A stretch of 64,000 bases of DNA from an uncultured Christensenella sp. (GCA_949293905.1 CASFFG010000001.1:64461-128460); one strand, 5' to 3'; shown: positions 9,916-18,423, numbered from the stretch's first letter. Program-made: numbers and translations. Notes: generated from the letters alone by a model not told the origin.

Positions 9916-9955
9916 GAACTAATCTCTACCGAATTTAGTATACTGAAATATAGGG
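9916..9955 (+). repeat. Direct repeat copy 2: relic of an rluA-family gene fragment
   Basis: Translates in frame as ELISTEFSILKYRVE-stop, versus EPISTEFSILEYRGDK in the intact gene. Confidence 0.8.
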
Positions 9956-10194
9956 TAGAGTAAATACAAGGATAGTGCAATTAGTTGGACTATTAACATA
10001 GAATACTAAAAATTTATAAATTAAAAGTTTGTTTAATAAAACTAAACAATTCTTAAAATAACAAATAATATTAAAATTTATTAATTTACTTTTAAATCTT
10101 ACTAAAATACATTAAAAAATGAAAAAATAGATATAATTTAAAAGCATGCAATACAGATAATTTGATATATTTTAAAAAACTTTATTAAAAATTA

Positions 10195-10223
10195 TTGACA
10201 TTTATTTTAGATTATAGTAAAAT
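10195..10223 (+). promoter_or_regulatory. Sigma-A-type promoter TTGACA-17-TAAAAT for the tRNA array
   Basis: Lies 15 nt upstream of tRNA-Pro. Confidence 0.6.
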
Positions 10224-10237
10224 TTAAAAGTAATCGT

Positions 10238-10313
10238 CGGGGTGTAGCGCAGTTGGTAGCGCACGTGATTTGGGATCATGGGGCCGGGGGTTCGAGTCCC
10301 TTCACCCCGACCA
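10238..10313 (+). tRNA. tRNA-Pro (TGG)
   Basis: CGGGGTG/CACCCCG acceptor, anticodon loop TTTGGGA, GGTTCGAGTCC T-arm, CCA encoded. Confidence 0.9.
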
Positions 10314-10321
10314 TTACATAA

Positions 10322-10398
10322 GGGCCTTTAGCTCAGTTGGTTAGAGCAACCGGCTCATAACCGGTCGGTCCGCGGTTCAAGTCCGTGAAGGCCCACCA
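10322..10398 (+). tRNA. tRNA with CAT anticodon, probably tRNA-Ile2 (lysidine) rather than elongator Met
   Basis: Loop CTCATAA. The overall sequence resembles ileX-type tRNAs by recollection. CCA encoded. Confidence 0.8.
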
Positions 10399-10416
10399 GC
10401 ATAAAACTAAAATTTT

Positions 10417-10493
10417 GGCCCGATAGCTCAGTTGGTTAGAGCGCCAGCCTGTCACGCTGGAGGTCGTGGGTTCGAGCCCCATTCGGGTCGCCA
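10417..10493 (+). tRNA. tRNA-Asp (GTC)
   Basis: Anticodon loop CTGTCAC, discriminator G, CCA encoded. Confidence 0.9.
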
Positions 10494-10510
10494 TTTAGTT
10501 TATGCTATCC

Positions 10511-10586
10511 GCCTCGATAGCTCAGTCGGTAGAGCAAAGGACTGAAAATCCTTGTGTCACTGGTTCGATTCCGGTTCGAGGCACCA
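10511..10586 (+). tRNA. tRNA-Phe (GAA)
   Basis: Anticodon loop CTGAAAA, CCA encoded. Confidence 0.9.
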
Positions 10587-10671
10587 GGGAAGATTGCAGA
10601 GCGGCCAAATGCAACGGACTGTAAATCCGTCGACTTCGTCTTCGGTGGTTCGAATCCACCTCTTCCCACCA
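10587..10671 (+). tRNA. tRNA-Tyr (GTA), long variable arm
   Basis: Starts immediately after the tRNA-Phe CCA. Anticodon loop CTGTAAA. 85 nt. Confidence 0.9.
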
Positions 10672-10698
10672 ATCCTTATGGATAGGATAATTAATATT

Positions 10699-10735
10699 GC
10701 TAGTGTGGCTCAACGGTAGAGCAGCTGACTTGTAA
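10699..10735 (+). pseudogene. 5' half of tRNA-Thr(TGT), truncated after the anticodon loop
   Basis: 37 of 37 nt identical to 10846-10882. Identity stops after CTTGTAA. Confidence 0.85.
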
Positions 10736-10845
10736 GCATCATCATAAGATGAAATGAGAAAATTATGAAGATATTTAGAAGTCGTTCTAAACTATCAAAA
10801 ATTGTTGATGCTGGTTACATCGTCAACTGCTAAAAAATTAAATAT

Positions 10846-10920
10846 GCTAGTGTGGCTCAACGGTAGAGCAGCTGACTTGTAATCAGCAGGTTGGGGGTTC
10901 GATTCCCTTCACTAGCTCCA
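10846..10920 (+). tRNA. tRNA-Thr (TGT)
   Basis: Full cloverleaf, anticodon loop CTTGTAA, CCA encoded. Confidence 0.9.
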
Positions 10921-10923
10921 TAT

Positions 10924-10951
10924 ATACCGCGTAATGCGGTATTTTTATTTT
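10924..10951 (+). terminator. Rho-independent terminator of the tRNA array
   Basis: Stem ATACCGC/GCGGTAT followed by TTTTTATTTT. Confidence 0.7.
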
Positions 10952-11045
10952 ATATTTAAAAATTTTTATATATAATTTAATAAAAATTTATAGTTATTAA
11001 ATATCAAAACTAACAGAATGTACGCTTTTGTCGCTTTATTATAAA

Positions 11046-11059
11046 TTTTTGCGCAAAAA
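11046..11059. promoter_or_regulatory. Perfect palindrome TTTTTGCGCAAAAA just upstream of the -35 box of the 11116 gene
   Basis: Shares the TTTGCGCAAA core with the recombinase-associated arms. Confidence 0.3.
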
Positions 11060-11068
11060 AATTCGGTA

Positions 11069-11097
11069 TTGACATTTAAGTTTATGTATGTTATAAT
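11069..11097 (+). promoter_or_regulatory. Sigma-A-type promoter TTGACA-17-TATAAT
   Basis: Consensus hexamers. A GAGGT SD precedes the ATG at 11116. Confidence 0.6.
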
Positions 11098-11115
11098 GTT
11101 TTTGCGAGGTAAAAA

Positions 11116-11589
11116 ATGAAACTTAAACATTATGTGCAATTTTATAAATATATTAATGGTAAAAAATATTTTAAAGTAGAAGAAATTGAATCTAGAGATG
11201 TCTCTAAATTATCAATTGATGACGATGTTTTTACACTAGTAATATTTGATAGAATGATTGACGAAACTAATTATAAAGGCAAAGTATATCCTGTAGAAAG
11301 TGAGAAACTAAACCAGGAGTTATATTATGTTGGATATTTCTATTCGCTTGAAGATATAAAAGAAATTTATGGCAAATTTATTTATGATGAATTTGTATCA
11401 AATGAATATATTGGCGAAATTGTATGTCAAGTTGGGTTTAGTACGTGTGTTAAAAAAGATCAAGTAGAAAGAAAACTTGGGCATTTAATTACTCCTCCAC
11501 ATATTAAATTTAAAGATTTAGAAGAATTAAAAGCACGCAGAGAAGAAGTTAAAAATGCAAAAGGTAGTAGTGACATAGCGGAAATATAA
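11116..11589 (+). CDS. Hypothetical protein (157 aa)
   Basis: ORF with promoter and SD. No recognisable motif. Confidence 0.6.
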   Translation: MKLKHYVQFYKYINGKKYFKVEEIESRDVSKLSIDDDVFTLVIFDRMIDETNYKGKVYPVESEKLNQELYYVGYFYSLEDIKEIYGKFIYDEFVSNEYIGEIVCQVGFSTCVKKDQVERKLGHLITPPHIKFKDLEELKARREEVKNAKGSSDIAEI

Positions 11590-11609
11590 AAACTAATATG
11601 CAAATTTAT

Positions 11610-11638
11610 TTGAAAAAACTTGTTGCATTTGATATAAT
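11610..11638 (+). promoter_or_regulatory. Promoter TTGAAA-17-TATAAT ending 6 nt before the ATG at 11645 (leaderless configuration)
   Basis: Hexamers and spacing counted directly. No SD. Confidence 0.55.
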
Positions 11639-11644
11639 AACAAT

Positions 11645-12688
11645 ATGATAGAAAATTGTAAAAATTGTGGCGGGAAGTTGGTTTTTAGCCCAAAAGATAA
11701 AGGCAATATTTGTGAAAATTGTAGGTCAATTTTCCCTATACAGTATAACTATAACTTTAAGAAAAAACCTTTTGAAGAAAATGTGGAATTAAAGGTTGAC
11801 AATTTTGCGCGCTCTCTTAAGAATATAAAATGTAATTCGTGTGGCGCTAATATGATGCTAAATAAATTTCAAACCCAGGCGACTTGTCCTTATTGCGGAA
11901 GTACAACGATAGAAGAAAGTAGTAAGAAGCGCCTAATGTATATAGATTCAATTATTCCATTTTCTTTTGGTAAAGCGGAAGCCTTAAAGAGATTAAAAAA
12001 AGAAGTGGCAAAGAAATTTTATGCGGATAAGAAAATCTTTAAAAATGTCAGTGAAAACGAAATTTACGGAGCATATGTCAACACATTTGTTTTTGATTTC
12101 AATACCGCAACGAGATATAGCGGAGTACTTTCCTATACAAAAAATATCAAAGACAGAGAAGGGAATTCTAAAACAATAACTGAACATAAAAATATTTCTG
12201 GTATCTTTGATAAAACCTATCGAAATTTAACAGTGGAAGCAAATTCTAATTTAGAGCAACGCGATCTACTTAGCGTAATGCCATTTGAGTATGGCTCTGC
12301 GGTTGATTTTCAAGACGATTTCATGCATGGATATTTATTGGAATATGAAGACAAAATGTTTAATGATTGTGTAGACTATGCAATGCATTTTATTGAAAAA
12401 GATGTAGAAAGGGAACTTTTGAAAAAGTACCAATGTGATAGCGTAGTTCATCTCTCATTGCATACGGATTATCTAGATAAAAAATACAACTATTGTTTGC
12501 TTCCAGTTTATTTCATAAGCAAAGTTGAAAAGAATAAAAAATACACCGTGATTATGAATGGACAAACTGGTAAAGTTGGACGATTGCCTAAAAATAAATT
12601 TAGAGTATTTTTAACTATTCTATTGTCACTTGGAATTTTAGTCGGATTTGTGCTATTAATATTATTTATGACAGGCAATATATCTTAA
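11645..12688 (+). CDS. Double zinc-ribbon protein with a C-terminal transmembrane anchor
   Basis: CxxC...CxxC appears twice (CKNCGG..CENC and CNSCGA..CPYCG). Hydrophobic tail FLTILLSLGILVGFVLLILFM. Confidence 0.65.
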   Translation: MIENCKNCGGKLVFSPKDKGNICENCRSIFPIQYNYNFKKKPFEENVELKVDNFARSLKNIKCNSCGANMMLNKFQTQATCPYCGSTTIEESSKKRLMYIDSIIPFSFGKAEALKRLKKEVAKKFYADKKIFKNVSENEIYGAYVNTFVFDFNTATRYSGVLSYTKNIKDREGNSKTITEHKNISGIFDKTYRNLTVEANSNLEQRDLLSVMPFEYGSAVDFQDDFMHGYLLEYEDKMFNDCVDYAMHFIEKDVERELLKKYQCDSVVHLSLHTDYLDKKYNYCLLPVYFISKVEKNKKYTVIMNGQTGKVGRLPKNKFRVFLTILLSLGILVGFVLLILFMTGNIS

Positions 12689-12703
12689 TTAGTATAAAAA
12701 TTT

Positions 12704-12727
12704 ACGAGCGATCGCTCGTTTTTTTAT
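12704..12727 (+). terminator. Rho-independent terminator
   Basis: Palindromic stem ACGAGCGATCGCTCGT followed by a T-run. Confidence 0.75.
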
Positions 12728-13044
12728 TTAAAAAATTGACTAAAAGTAGATAAAAATGCTAAATTTTTTGTTAAATTTTTAATAAAATTGAAAATTTTTG
12801 CAAATTTTAGCAAGAAAACTGCCAATTTTTGTTAATTTTCTAACTTTTTTGTGTAATTTCGTGCAACTTTATGCCATCTTCTTGCAAAAATTAATTAAAT
12901 TTATAAGAATTATCAATTTTTAGTCAAAAAATCAATAAAATTTACATAAATTTAGCGATTTTTAAAAAATTTAATTAATTTTTTATTAATGATGTAAGTC
13001 GATTTTTTATAAAAATTAAAATCAACAAACAACTACAAAATTCT

Positions 13045-13076
13045 ACTGCATTTCAACAAATGTAGTTATTTTTTTT
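13045..13076 (+). terminator. Terminator-like hairpin 40 nt upstream of spoIIAA
   Basis: 9-bp stem ACTGCATTT/AAATGTAGT (one G-T pair), loop CAAC, then TATTTTTTTT. Confidence 0.4.
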
Positions 13077-13115
13077 AAAATCTAATCCTTTAAAATTTAA
13101 TTAAGGGGTGAAGAA

Positions 13116-13427
13116 ATGCAAATAAAATCACGGATTGTAAATAAGACATTATATGTACTTTTGTCTGGCGAACTAGATGAATACACTGCGAAATCAGTAC
13201 GAAAAAATTTAGATACACTTTTCGATACCGAGAAAGATTATGTCCAAATAGTTATGGACTTGAGCGAACTAACTTTTATGGATAGTACGGGTGTGGGTGT
13301 ATTGATAGGGAGATATAAAAAGATGAGAGAATATAACAAACCTATCTTTATAACGAATCCATCTAGGAATGCTGAACGAATTTTTAAAATGTCTGGCTTA
13401 TACGAAATAATGCCAAAAATAGTTTAA
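13116..13427 (+). CDS. spoIIAA: Anti-sigma-F factor antagonist SpoIIAA (STAS domain)
   Basis: FMDSTGVGVL phosphorylation-site motif. First gene of a spoIIA-type operon. Confidence 0.9.
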   Translation: MQIKSRIVNKTLYVLLSGELDEYTAKSVRKNLDTLFDTEKDYVQIVMDLSELTFMDSTGVGVLIGRYKKMREYNKPIFITNPSRNAERIFKMSGLYEIMPKIV

Positions 13428-13438
13428 AGGAGAATAAA

Positions 13439-13867
13439 ATGAATAATTCTATGGAAATTAAATTTAAAGCGATAGCAGAAAATGAAGCGTTTGCACGCAA
13501 TGTAGTTGCCAGTTTTATATTACCACTTAATCCAAGTTTGAGCGAATTATCCGACATAAAGACGGCTGTTAATGAAGCGATAACGAATGTAGTCGTTCAC
13601 GCATATCCTAATAAGGTTGGATTCGTAACTATGAAAATTTCTATTGTTGGCAGTAAGGTCAAGATTTCGATTTCGGATAACGGTGTGGGTATACAAGATA
13701 TTGAACGTGCATTGACTCCTTTTTATACAAGCAAACCAGACGAAGAGCGCAGTGGCATGGGCTTTACTGTTATGGAAAGTTTTATGGATAAATTGGAAGT
13801 CAAAAATCAAAATGGGTTGGTTGTCAATATGGAGAAAGAAATTGAAGAGTCTGTAGTGGGGCTTTAA
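13439..13867 (+). CDS. spoIIAB: Anti-sigma-F factor SpoIIAB (serine kinase)
   Basis: HATPase-like N-box (NEAITNVVVHAY) and G-box (DNGVGI). Operon position. Confidence 0.9.
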   Translation: MNNSMEIKFKAIAENEAFARNVVASFILPLNPSLSELSDIKTAVNEAITNVVVHAYPNKVGFVTMKISIVGSKVKISISDNGVGIQDIERALTPFYTSKPDEERSGMGFTVMESFMDKLEVKNQNGLVVNMEKEIEESVVGL

Positions 13868-14590
13868 ATGCTGACTAATGATGAAACTAGTAAACTCTTA
13901 ACACAGGCAAAACAAGGTAACGATTTGGCAAAAGAAAAATTATTAACATTTAATTCCCCATTAATAAAAAGCATCGTAAAACGCTATCTAAATAAAGGGA
14001 TAGAATATGATGACTTATATCAACTAGGGGCGCTAGGATTTGTTAAGGCGATAAAAAATTATGATCCAAATTTTAATGTTAAGTTTACGACATACGCCGT
14101 TCCTATGATTGCTGGTGAAATAAAGAGATTTTTGCGTGATGATGGCTCAGTTAAGGTGTCAAGGAGTGTAAAACATAATGCTATAAAAATGAAAAATTAT
14201 ATATGTGAATATAATCAAAAATTTAATACCAATCCAACTCTAGAACACCTTTCTAAACATTTTGATATGCCAATCGAAGATATTGTTTTTATTCTAGATG
14301 CGAATACTTCTACTTTATCGCTTAACGAGCATTTCAATGCAGACGATGACTCGACAACAATCATGGACAAACTTACGGACAATTTCACACCAGAGAATTA
14401 TTTTGATAAACTTACAATTAGAGATATGATAGAAAAATTGTCCGCAAGAGAGAAGCAGATTATAATAATGCGATACTATTTAGACAAAACACAGAGCGAA
14501 ATTGCAACGAGTTTGGGTGTTAGTCAGGTTCAAGTAAGTAGGATAGAGAATAAGGTTTTAAAACAATTAAGAGATGAAATTGATATTTAA
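13868..14590 (+). CDS. sigF: Sporulation sigma factor F
   Basis: Sigma-70 regions 2-4 (YDDLYQLGALGFVKAI, TQSEIATSLGVSQVQVSRIE). Third gene of the spoIIA operon. Confidence 0.9.
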   Translation: MLTNDETSKLLTQAKQGNDLAKEKLLTFNSPLIKSIVKRYLNKGIEYDDLYQLGALGFVKAIKNYDPNFNVKFTTYAVPMIAGEIKRFLRDDGSVKVSRSVKHNAIKMKNYICEYNQKFNTNPTLEHLSKHFDMPIEDIVFILDANTSTLSLNEHFNADDDSTTIMDKLTDNFTPENYFDKLTIRDMIEKLSAREKQIIIMRYYLDKTQSEIATSLGVSQVQVSRIENKVLKQLRDEIDI

Positions 14591-14620
14591 AAAAAAGTGA
14601 TTTTAATCACTTTTTTAATT
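14591..14620. terminator. Bidirectional terminator between sigF and the convergent lipoprotein gene
   Basis: Stem GTGATT/AATCAC flanked by A-run and T-run. Confidence 0.55.
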
Positions 14621-16273
14621 TTTTGCACTATCAATGTTATCATGCATCTTATCATCGTTATTTATATTATAGATTGGATTTTCAACACCAGTTTCTGGTC
14701 GTAATTTTTTAAAAAATTTGGCAAATGAATTTTTGAAATCTTTAAATTTCGCGGATAATGTAGGAGCATCTCCTGTCTTATATGTGTCGATATTTTTCGA
14801 TATATAAAATTTAAATTTCTTTTTTTCAAGTTTTTTGTTATTCTCTATATCTTGTGTATTATTATCCGTATCTACACCGTTTGTAGTATTCTCATTTGTT
14901 CTTGCATTAGGGTTGTCATGATAATAATTTGGCTGACCCATAGGAAGTTCATTATAAGGATTGTTGTATCCGTTCGCATACGGAGCGTTGTACATTCCGC
15001 GGTTCATGTTGTTTAGCCATGCTGTGTTAAAGAAAGAGTCAATGTTTTTCTCGTTTGAGTTATAGAATGTATCAATATTGCTTTTACTGATATTGGGAAG
15101 ATAGTTATCAACATTAGAAAGCGTCTCGTTGTCTGCATTTTCAGTTGTATTAGTAGGATTATTAGCATTATCGGTATTTTCACTTATATTTCCGTCCTTA
15201 TCTATTAAATAATCCTTAATAATAGGAGTTTCATCATTTCGTTTAAATCCATATAATATTCTACCAGTGTTATTAGGTGGAATGATATTATTTGAGTTAA
15301 AAATTTGGTTCATCATATATAGCGAATTAAGACCATTTTGAAGCATTTCGTTTCCATTTATTAAATTATCTAATACTATTAGATATTTTAAGTTCAAAGC
15401 ATCTATTTGATTGCCCGAATTTTTCATAATGTTGGAAATGTCACTCAAACTAATATTTAGTTCTGTTGTAATAGTGCTTAACTGTCGTCCTAAGTTCTTT
15501 AATTGACTTGATTGTTCGCTGATAAATATGCGTTGTTCTGGAGTTAATTCAATTTCATTATTGTTTAATTTATTTATCAAATTTTGTGTTTCAACAATAG
15601 CGCTTGTAATTTCTTCTTTTAACTCACAAAATTCTTCGCAACTTTCATCTATATCGCTAGATAAAGAATATAAAGTTGATATTGATTCAAGAGTCTCTTT
15701 GTCTGTAATAGAATCTTCGTCCTGTTCATCGTTATTAGTTTCTTCGTCATCTGTTTCGTCGGTAAGTTCAGTATCATTGTCATTGTTTTTGTCTGTTACT
15801 AAATTATCATTACTCTCATTATTTTCAACTATGTTTTTGTTATCGTTGTTAGTATCGTTAAGTGTGTCATCGCTAATGTTAATGTTCTCGTTATCTAATG
15901 AATTTTCTTGCGAACTATTTGTAGAATCGGCGTCAATTTTTTTTTCAAGATTGCTTTCATTGTTATATAAAGAAATTGGCGGAATGTCTTTTTCATCTTC
16001 ATAATAAGGTAGGGTCATAATTCCGTTCTCTTGATTATCACTTGCTGTCAATATTGTGTTATCGGGTGTAGAAAAAGACAGGTTGTATTTGTTTAATAAT
16101 GTACGCTCAATTTTATCTTCATTTACATTTGAGTATTCATTTAATTGACTCGTAAATACATTTAAATTCTCTTGTAAAGTATCTTTTCCAATATCTGCAA
16201 CAGTGTTGTTACAGCCAGAATATAATAAAGCACTGACTCCTAATATTGATAAGATTGGAATAAATTTTTTCAT
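14615..16273 (-). CDS. Secreted lipoprotein with long N/D/E/T-rich low-complexity regions
   Basis: Signal peptide MKKFIPILSILGVSALLYSGC with a lipobox cysteine. Confidence 0.7.
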   Translation of the reverse strand: MKKFIPILSILGVSALLYSGCNNTVADIGKDTLQENLNVFTSQLNEYSNVNEDKIERTLLNKYNLSFSTPDNTILTASDNQENGIMTLPYYEDEKDIPPISLYNNESNLEKKIDADSTNSSQENSLDNENINISDDTLNDTNNDNKNIVENNESNDNLVTDKNNDNDTELTDETDDEETNNDEQDEDSITDKETLESISTLYSLSSDIDESCEEFCELKEEITSAIVETQNLINKLNNNEIELTPEQRIFISEQSSQLKNLGRQLSTITTELNISLSDISNIMKNSGNQIDALNLKYLIVLDNLINGNEMLQNGLNSLYMMNQIFNSNNIIPPNNTGRILYGFKRNDETPIIKDYLIDKDGNISENTDNANNPTNTTENADNETLSNVDNYLPNISKSNIDTFYNSNEKNIDSFFNTAWLNNMNRGMYNAPYANGYNNPYNELPMGQPNYYHDNPNARTNENTTNGVDTDNNTQDIENNKKLEKKKFKFYISKNIDTYKTGDAPTLSAKFKDFKNSFAKFFKKLRPETGVENPIYNINNDDKMHDNIDSAKN

Positions 16274-16463
16274 AATTTCACCTCGAAATTAGTTTGTACA
16301 AACATATTTAAAATATTTAAAATTTTAAAAAATTTTTTAAAAAGATGTTAAAAATAACTAAAATTCAATAAAATTACAGCAATTTTTATCCAATTTTTGA
16401 AATTTTTTAATTTTTTATAAATCAAAAGCGATTAAAATTTTATATCTTGTCTATCATTACTGC

Positions 16464-16910
16464 ATGGATAAAAATAAGCGTAATACTAATTATAAGTTGT
16501 ATGTGGAGTCAAAAGTTCCTAAGACAAAAGCATGGCCGTCGCTTTTTAAAGCGTTTTTGCTTGGTGGTATAATCTGTGCTATAGGGCAAGGTTTCTTCGA
16601 CTTGTACTCATATTTTTTTCCTAATCTTGCAGAAAGCGAAGTGGCCACATGTATGCTTATGACCATTATTTTCATCACATGCTTATTAACCGGAATTGGT
16701 GTCTATGATGTGATTGGTGCCTGGGGTGGAGCGGGTTCTGTCATTCCAATAACAGGCTTTTCAAATTCAATTTCAAGTCCTGCTATTGAATTCAAAAAAG
16801 AAGGTATAATTTACGGTATATGTGTTAAGATGTTCACTATTGCAGGGCCAGTGATTGTATGTGGAGTAGTCGGTTCAATCGTGTCCGGAATAATAGGACT
16901 ATTTATTTAG
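16464..16910 (+). CDS. spoVAC: Stage V sporulation protein AC
   Basis: AFLLGGIICAIGQG and ITGFSNSI motifs typical of SpoVAC. Followed by spoVAD and spoVAE. Confidence 0.85.
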   Translation: MDKNKRNTNYKLYVESKVPKTKAWPSLFKAFLLGGIICAIGQGFFDLYSYFFPNLAESEVATCMLMTIIFITCLLTGIGVYDVIGAWGGAGSVIPITGFSNSISSPAIEFKKEGIIYGICVKMFTIAGPVIVCGVVGSIVSGIIGLFI

Positions 16911-16918
16911 GAGTTATT

Positions 16919-17998
16919 ATGCAAACTATAAAAATGAAAAATAAAGTTTATCTCCTAGATGGGTACAGCATGGTTGGTCCGCTAGAGGGAGCAGGTCCGC
17001 TAAAAGATTATTTTGATTACACTTTAAAGGACGATACTTTAAAAGAAAAAACATTTGAAAAAAGTGAAAGGAAACTATTGCTAGATATCATTAAAGGGGC
17101 TATAGAGAAAAGCGGGCTAAGTTTTAAGGATATTGACTTTTTCTTTGGTGGAGATTTGCTTAATCAAATAGTTAGTTCATCGTATACAGCGCGCGAATTA
17201 TCTATTCCGTTTATAGGTTTATATTCTGCTTGTGCGACAATGGCAGAGTCACTTGCGCTTGCTTCAATTTTTGTAGACAACGGGCTTGCAGATAATGTTG
17301 TGGCAGGGACATGTACTCACTTCAGCAGTGCGGAAAGGCAATATCGTTTCCCACTAGAACTCGGGAATCAGCGTCCACCTACAGCACAATGGACAATAAC
17401 TGGCGGTGGAGCAAGTGTTATTTCAAATAAAAAGAGTAAGATAAGGGTTAGCGCCGTAACTTTTGGTAAAGTTGTGGATTATGGTATTAGTGATGTAAAT
17501 AATATGGGTGCCGCTATGGCGCCTAGCGCTTGCGATACAATTCTAAATCATTTAAATTCTATGGGCAAAAAAGTGAACGATTATGATTTTATTGCAACTG
17601 GCGATTTAGGGAAATTAGGTAGTGAAATTTTAATTGACTTAATGGAATATAACGGAGTAATTTTAGGAAGAAACTATGCAGATTGCGGGTGTATGATGTT
17701 TAACAAAAATCAGCATGTTTTTATGGGCGGAAGCGGGGCTGGCTGTAGTGCAAGTGTACTTAACTCGTATATTTTACACAAACTAAAAAATGGTGAATTT
17801 AGGCGAGTATTACTAGTTTCTACCGGCGCGCTGATGAGCACAACAACATCGCAACAAGGGGATACTATACCAGGGATAGCGCACGCCGTTGAACTTGAAT
17901 ATGTGGAAGAAGATAAAAATAAAATCGATAGCAAAAATTCAATTAAGAAGAATTTAGTTACCAATTCAAAACGCAAGAAAAGGAGAGAAAATGATTAA
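16919..17998 (+). CDS. spoVAD: Stage V sporulation protein AD (thiolase-like fold)
   Basis: Start moved to the ATG preceded by AGGAG. The 16859 extension overlaps spoVAC. Operon position. Confidence 0.85.
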   Translation: MQTIKMKNKVYLLDGYSMVGPLEGAGPLKDYFDYTLKDDTLKEKTFEKSERKLLLDIIKGAIEKSGLSFKDIDFFFGGDLLNQIVSSSYTARELSIPFIGLYSACATMAESLALASIFVDNGLADNVVAGTCTHFSSAERQYRFPLELGNQRPPTAQWTITGGGASVISNKKSKIRVSAVTFGKVVDYGISDVNNMGAAMAPSACDTILNHLNSMGKKVNDYDFIATGDLGKLGSEILIDLMEYNGVILGRNYADCGCMMFNKNQHVFMGGSGAGCSASVLNSYILHKLKNGEFRRVLLVSTGALMSTTTSQQGDTIPGIAHAVELEYVEEDKNKIDSKNSIKKNLVTNSKRKKRREND

Positions 17999-18368
17999 TA
18001 TATGGGATTATGTAATATCTTTTTTAGTTGGCGGATTTATTTGTTTTTTAGGGCAAATTTTGGTAATTAGAACAAAAATTACCACAGCGAGAATACTTGT
18101 GCTGTTTTTGATTATAGGAATGATTTTAGAAGTATTTAACGTATATGCTCCGTTTAAGGAATTCGCAAAAGCAGGAGCAAGCGTTCCGATAATTGGTTTT
18201 GGTGCAAGTTTGGCACGAGGCGCTATTATGGCGACAAAAGAATACGGAATAATTGGCATTTTTACTGGCGGATTAACTGCCGCGAGTGGCGGAATTTCTA
18301 TGGCAATATTTGCATCATTCATATTTGCACTAATCTTTAATAGTAAGACCAAGCGTGGCGGGCATTAA
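17991..18368 (+). CDS. spoVAE: Stage V sporulation protein AE (AEb-type)
   Basis: Small 4-TM protein paralogous to SpoVAC (GGFICFLGQ, IIGFGASL). Confidence 0.85.
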   Translation: MINIWDYVISFLVGGFICFLGQILVIRTKITTARILVLFLIIGMILEVFNVYAPFKEFAKAGASVPIIGFGASLARGAIMATKEYGIIGIFTGGLTAASGGISMAIFASFIFALIFNSKTKRGGH

Positions 18369-18423
18369 TTGTCGTATAATAGCGATTTAAAATAAAATTG
18401 GCATTTTATAAATATATTGATAT

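Noticed and set aside
10522-10713. 63-aa minus-strand ORF in the supplied track
   Set aside because: It lies entirely across the tRNA-Phe, tRNA-Tyr and tRNA-Thr-fragment sequences, so it is an artefact of tRNA sequence.
10736-10845. Intron (group I) interrupting tRNA-Thr
   Set aside because: The 110-nt spacer is too short for a group I intron. The downstream copy is a complete tRNA with its own 5' half, so this is a duplication and not a split gene.
12728-13115. AT-rich periodic region as a CRISPR array or tandem repeat
   Set aside because: There is no repeated unit of 20 nt or more, only short phased T-tracts. No cas genes are present in the window.
16859-16918. N-terminal extensions of ORFs in the track (spoVAD 16859, rnhA 23368, PBP 40504, rpsT 45308, rimP 62074)
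   Set aside because: The extensions overlap upstream genes or a tRNA, or use non-ATG starts. Downstream ATGs match the conserved protein N-termini, and several (spoVAD, rpsT, rimP) are also preceded by SD sequences.
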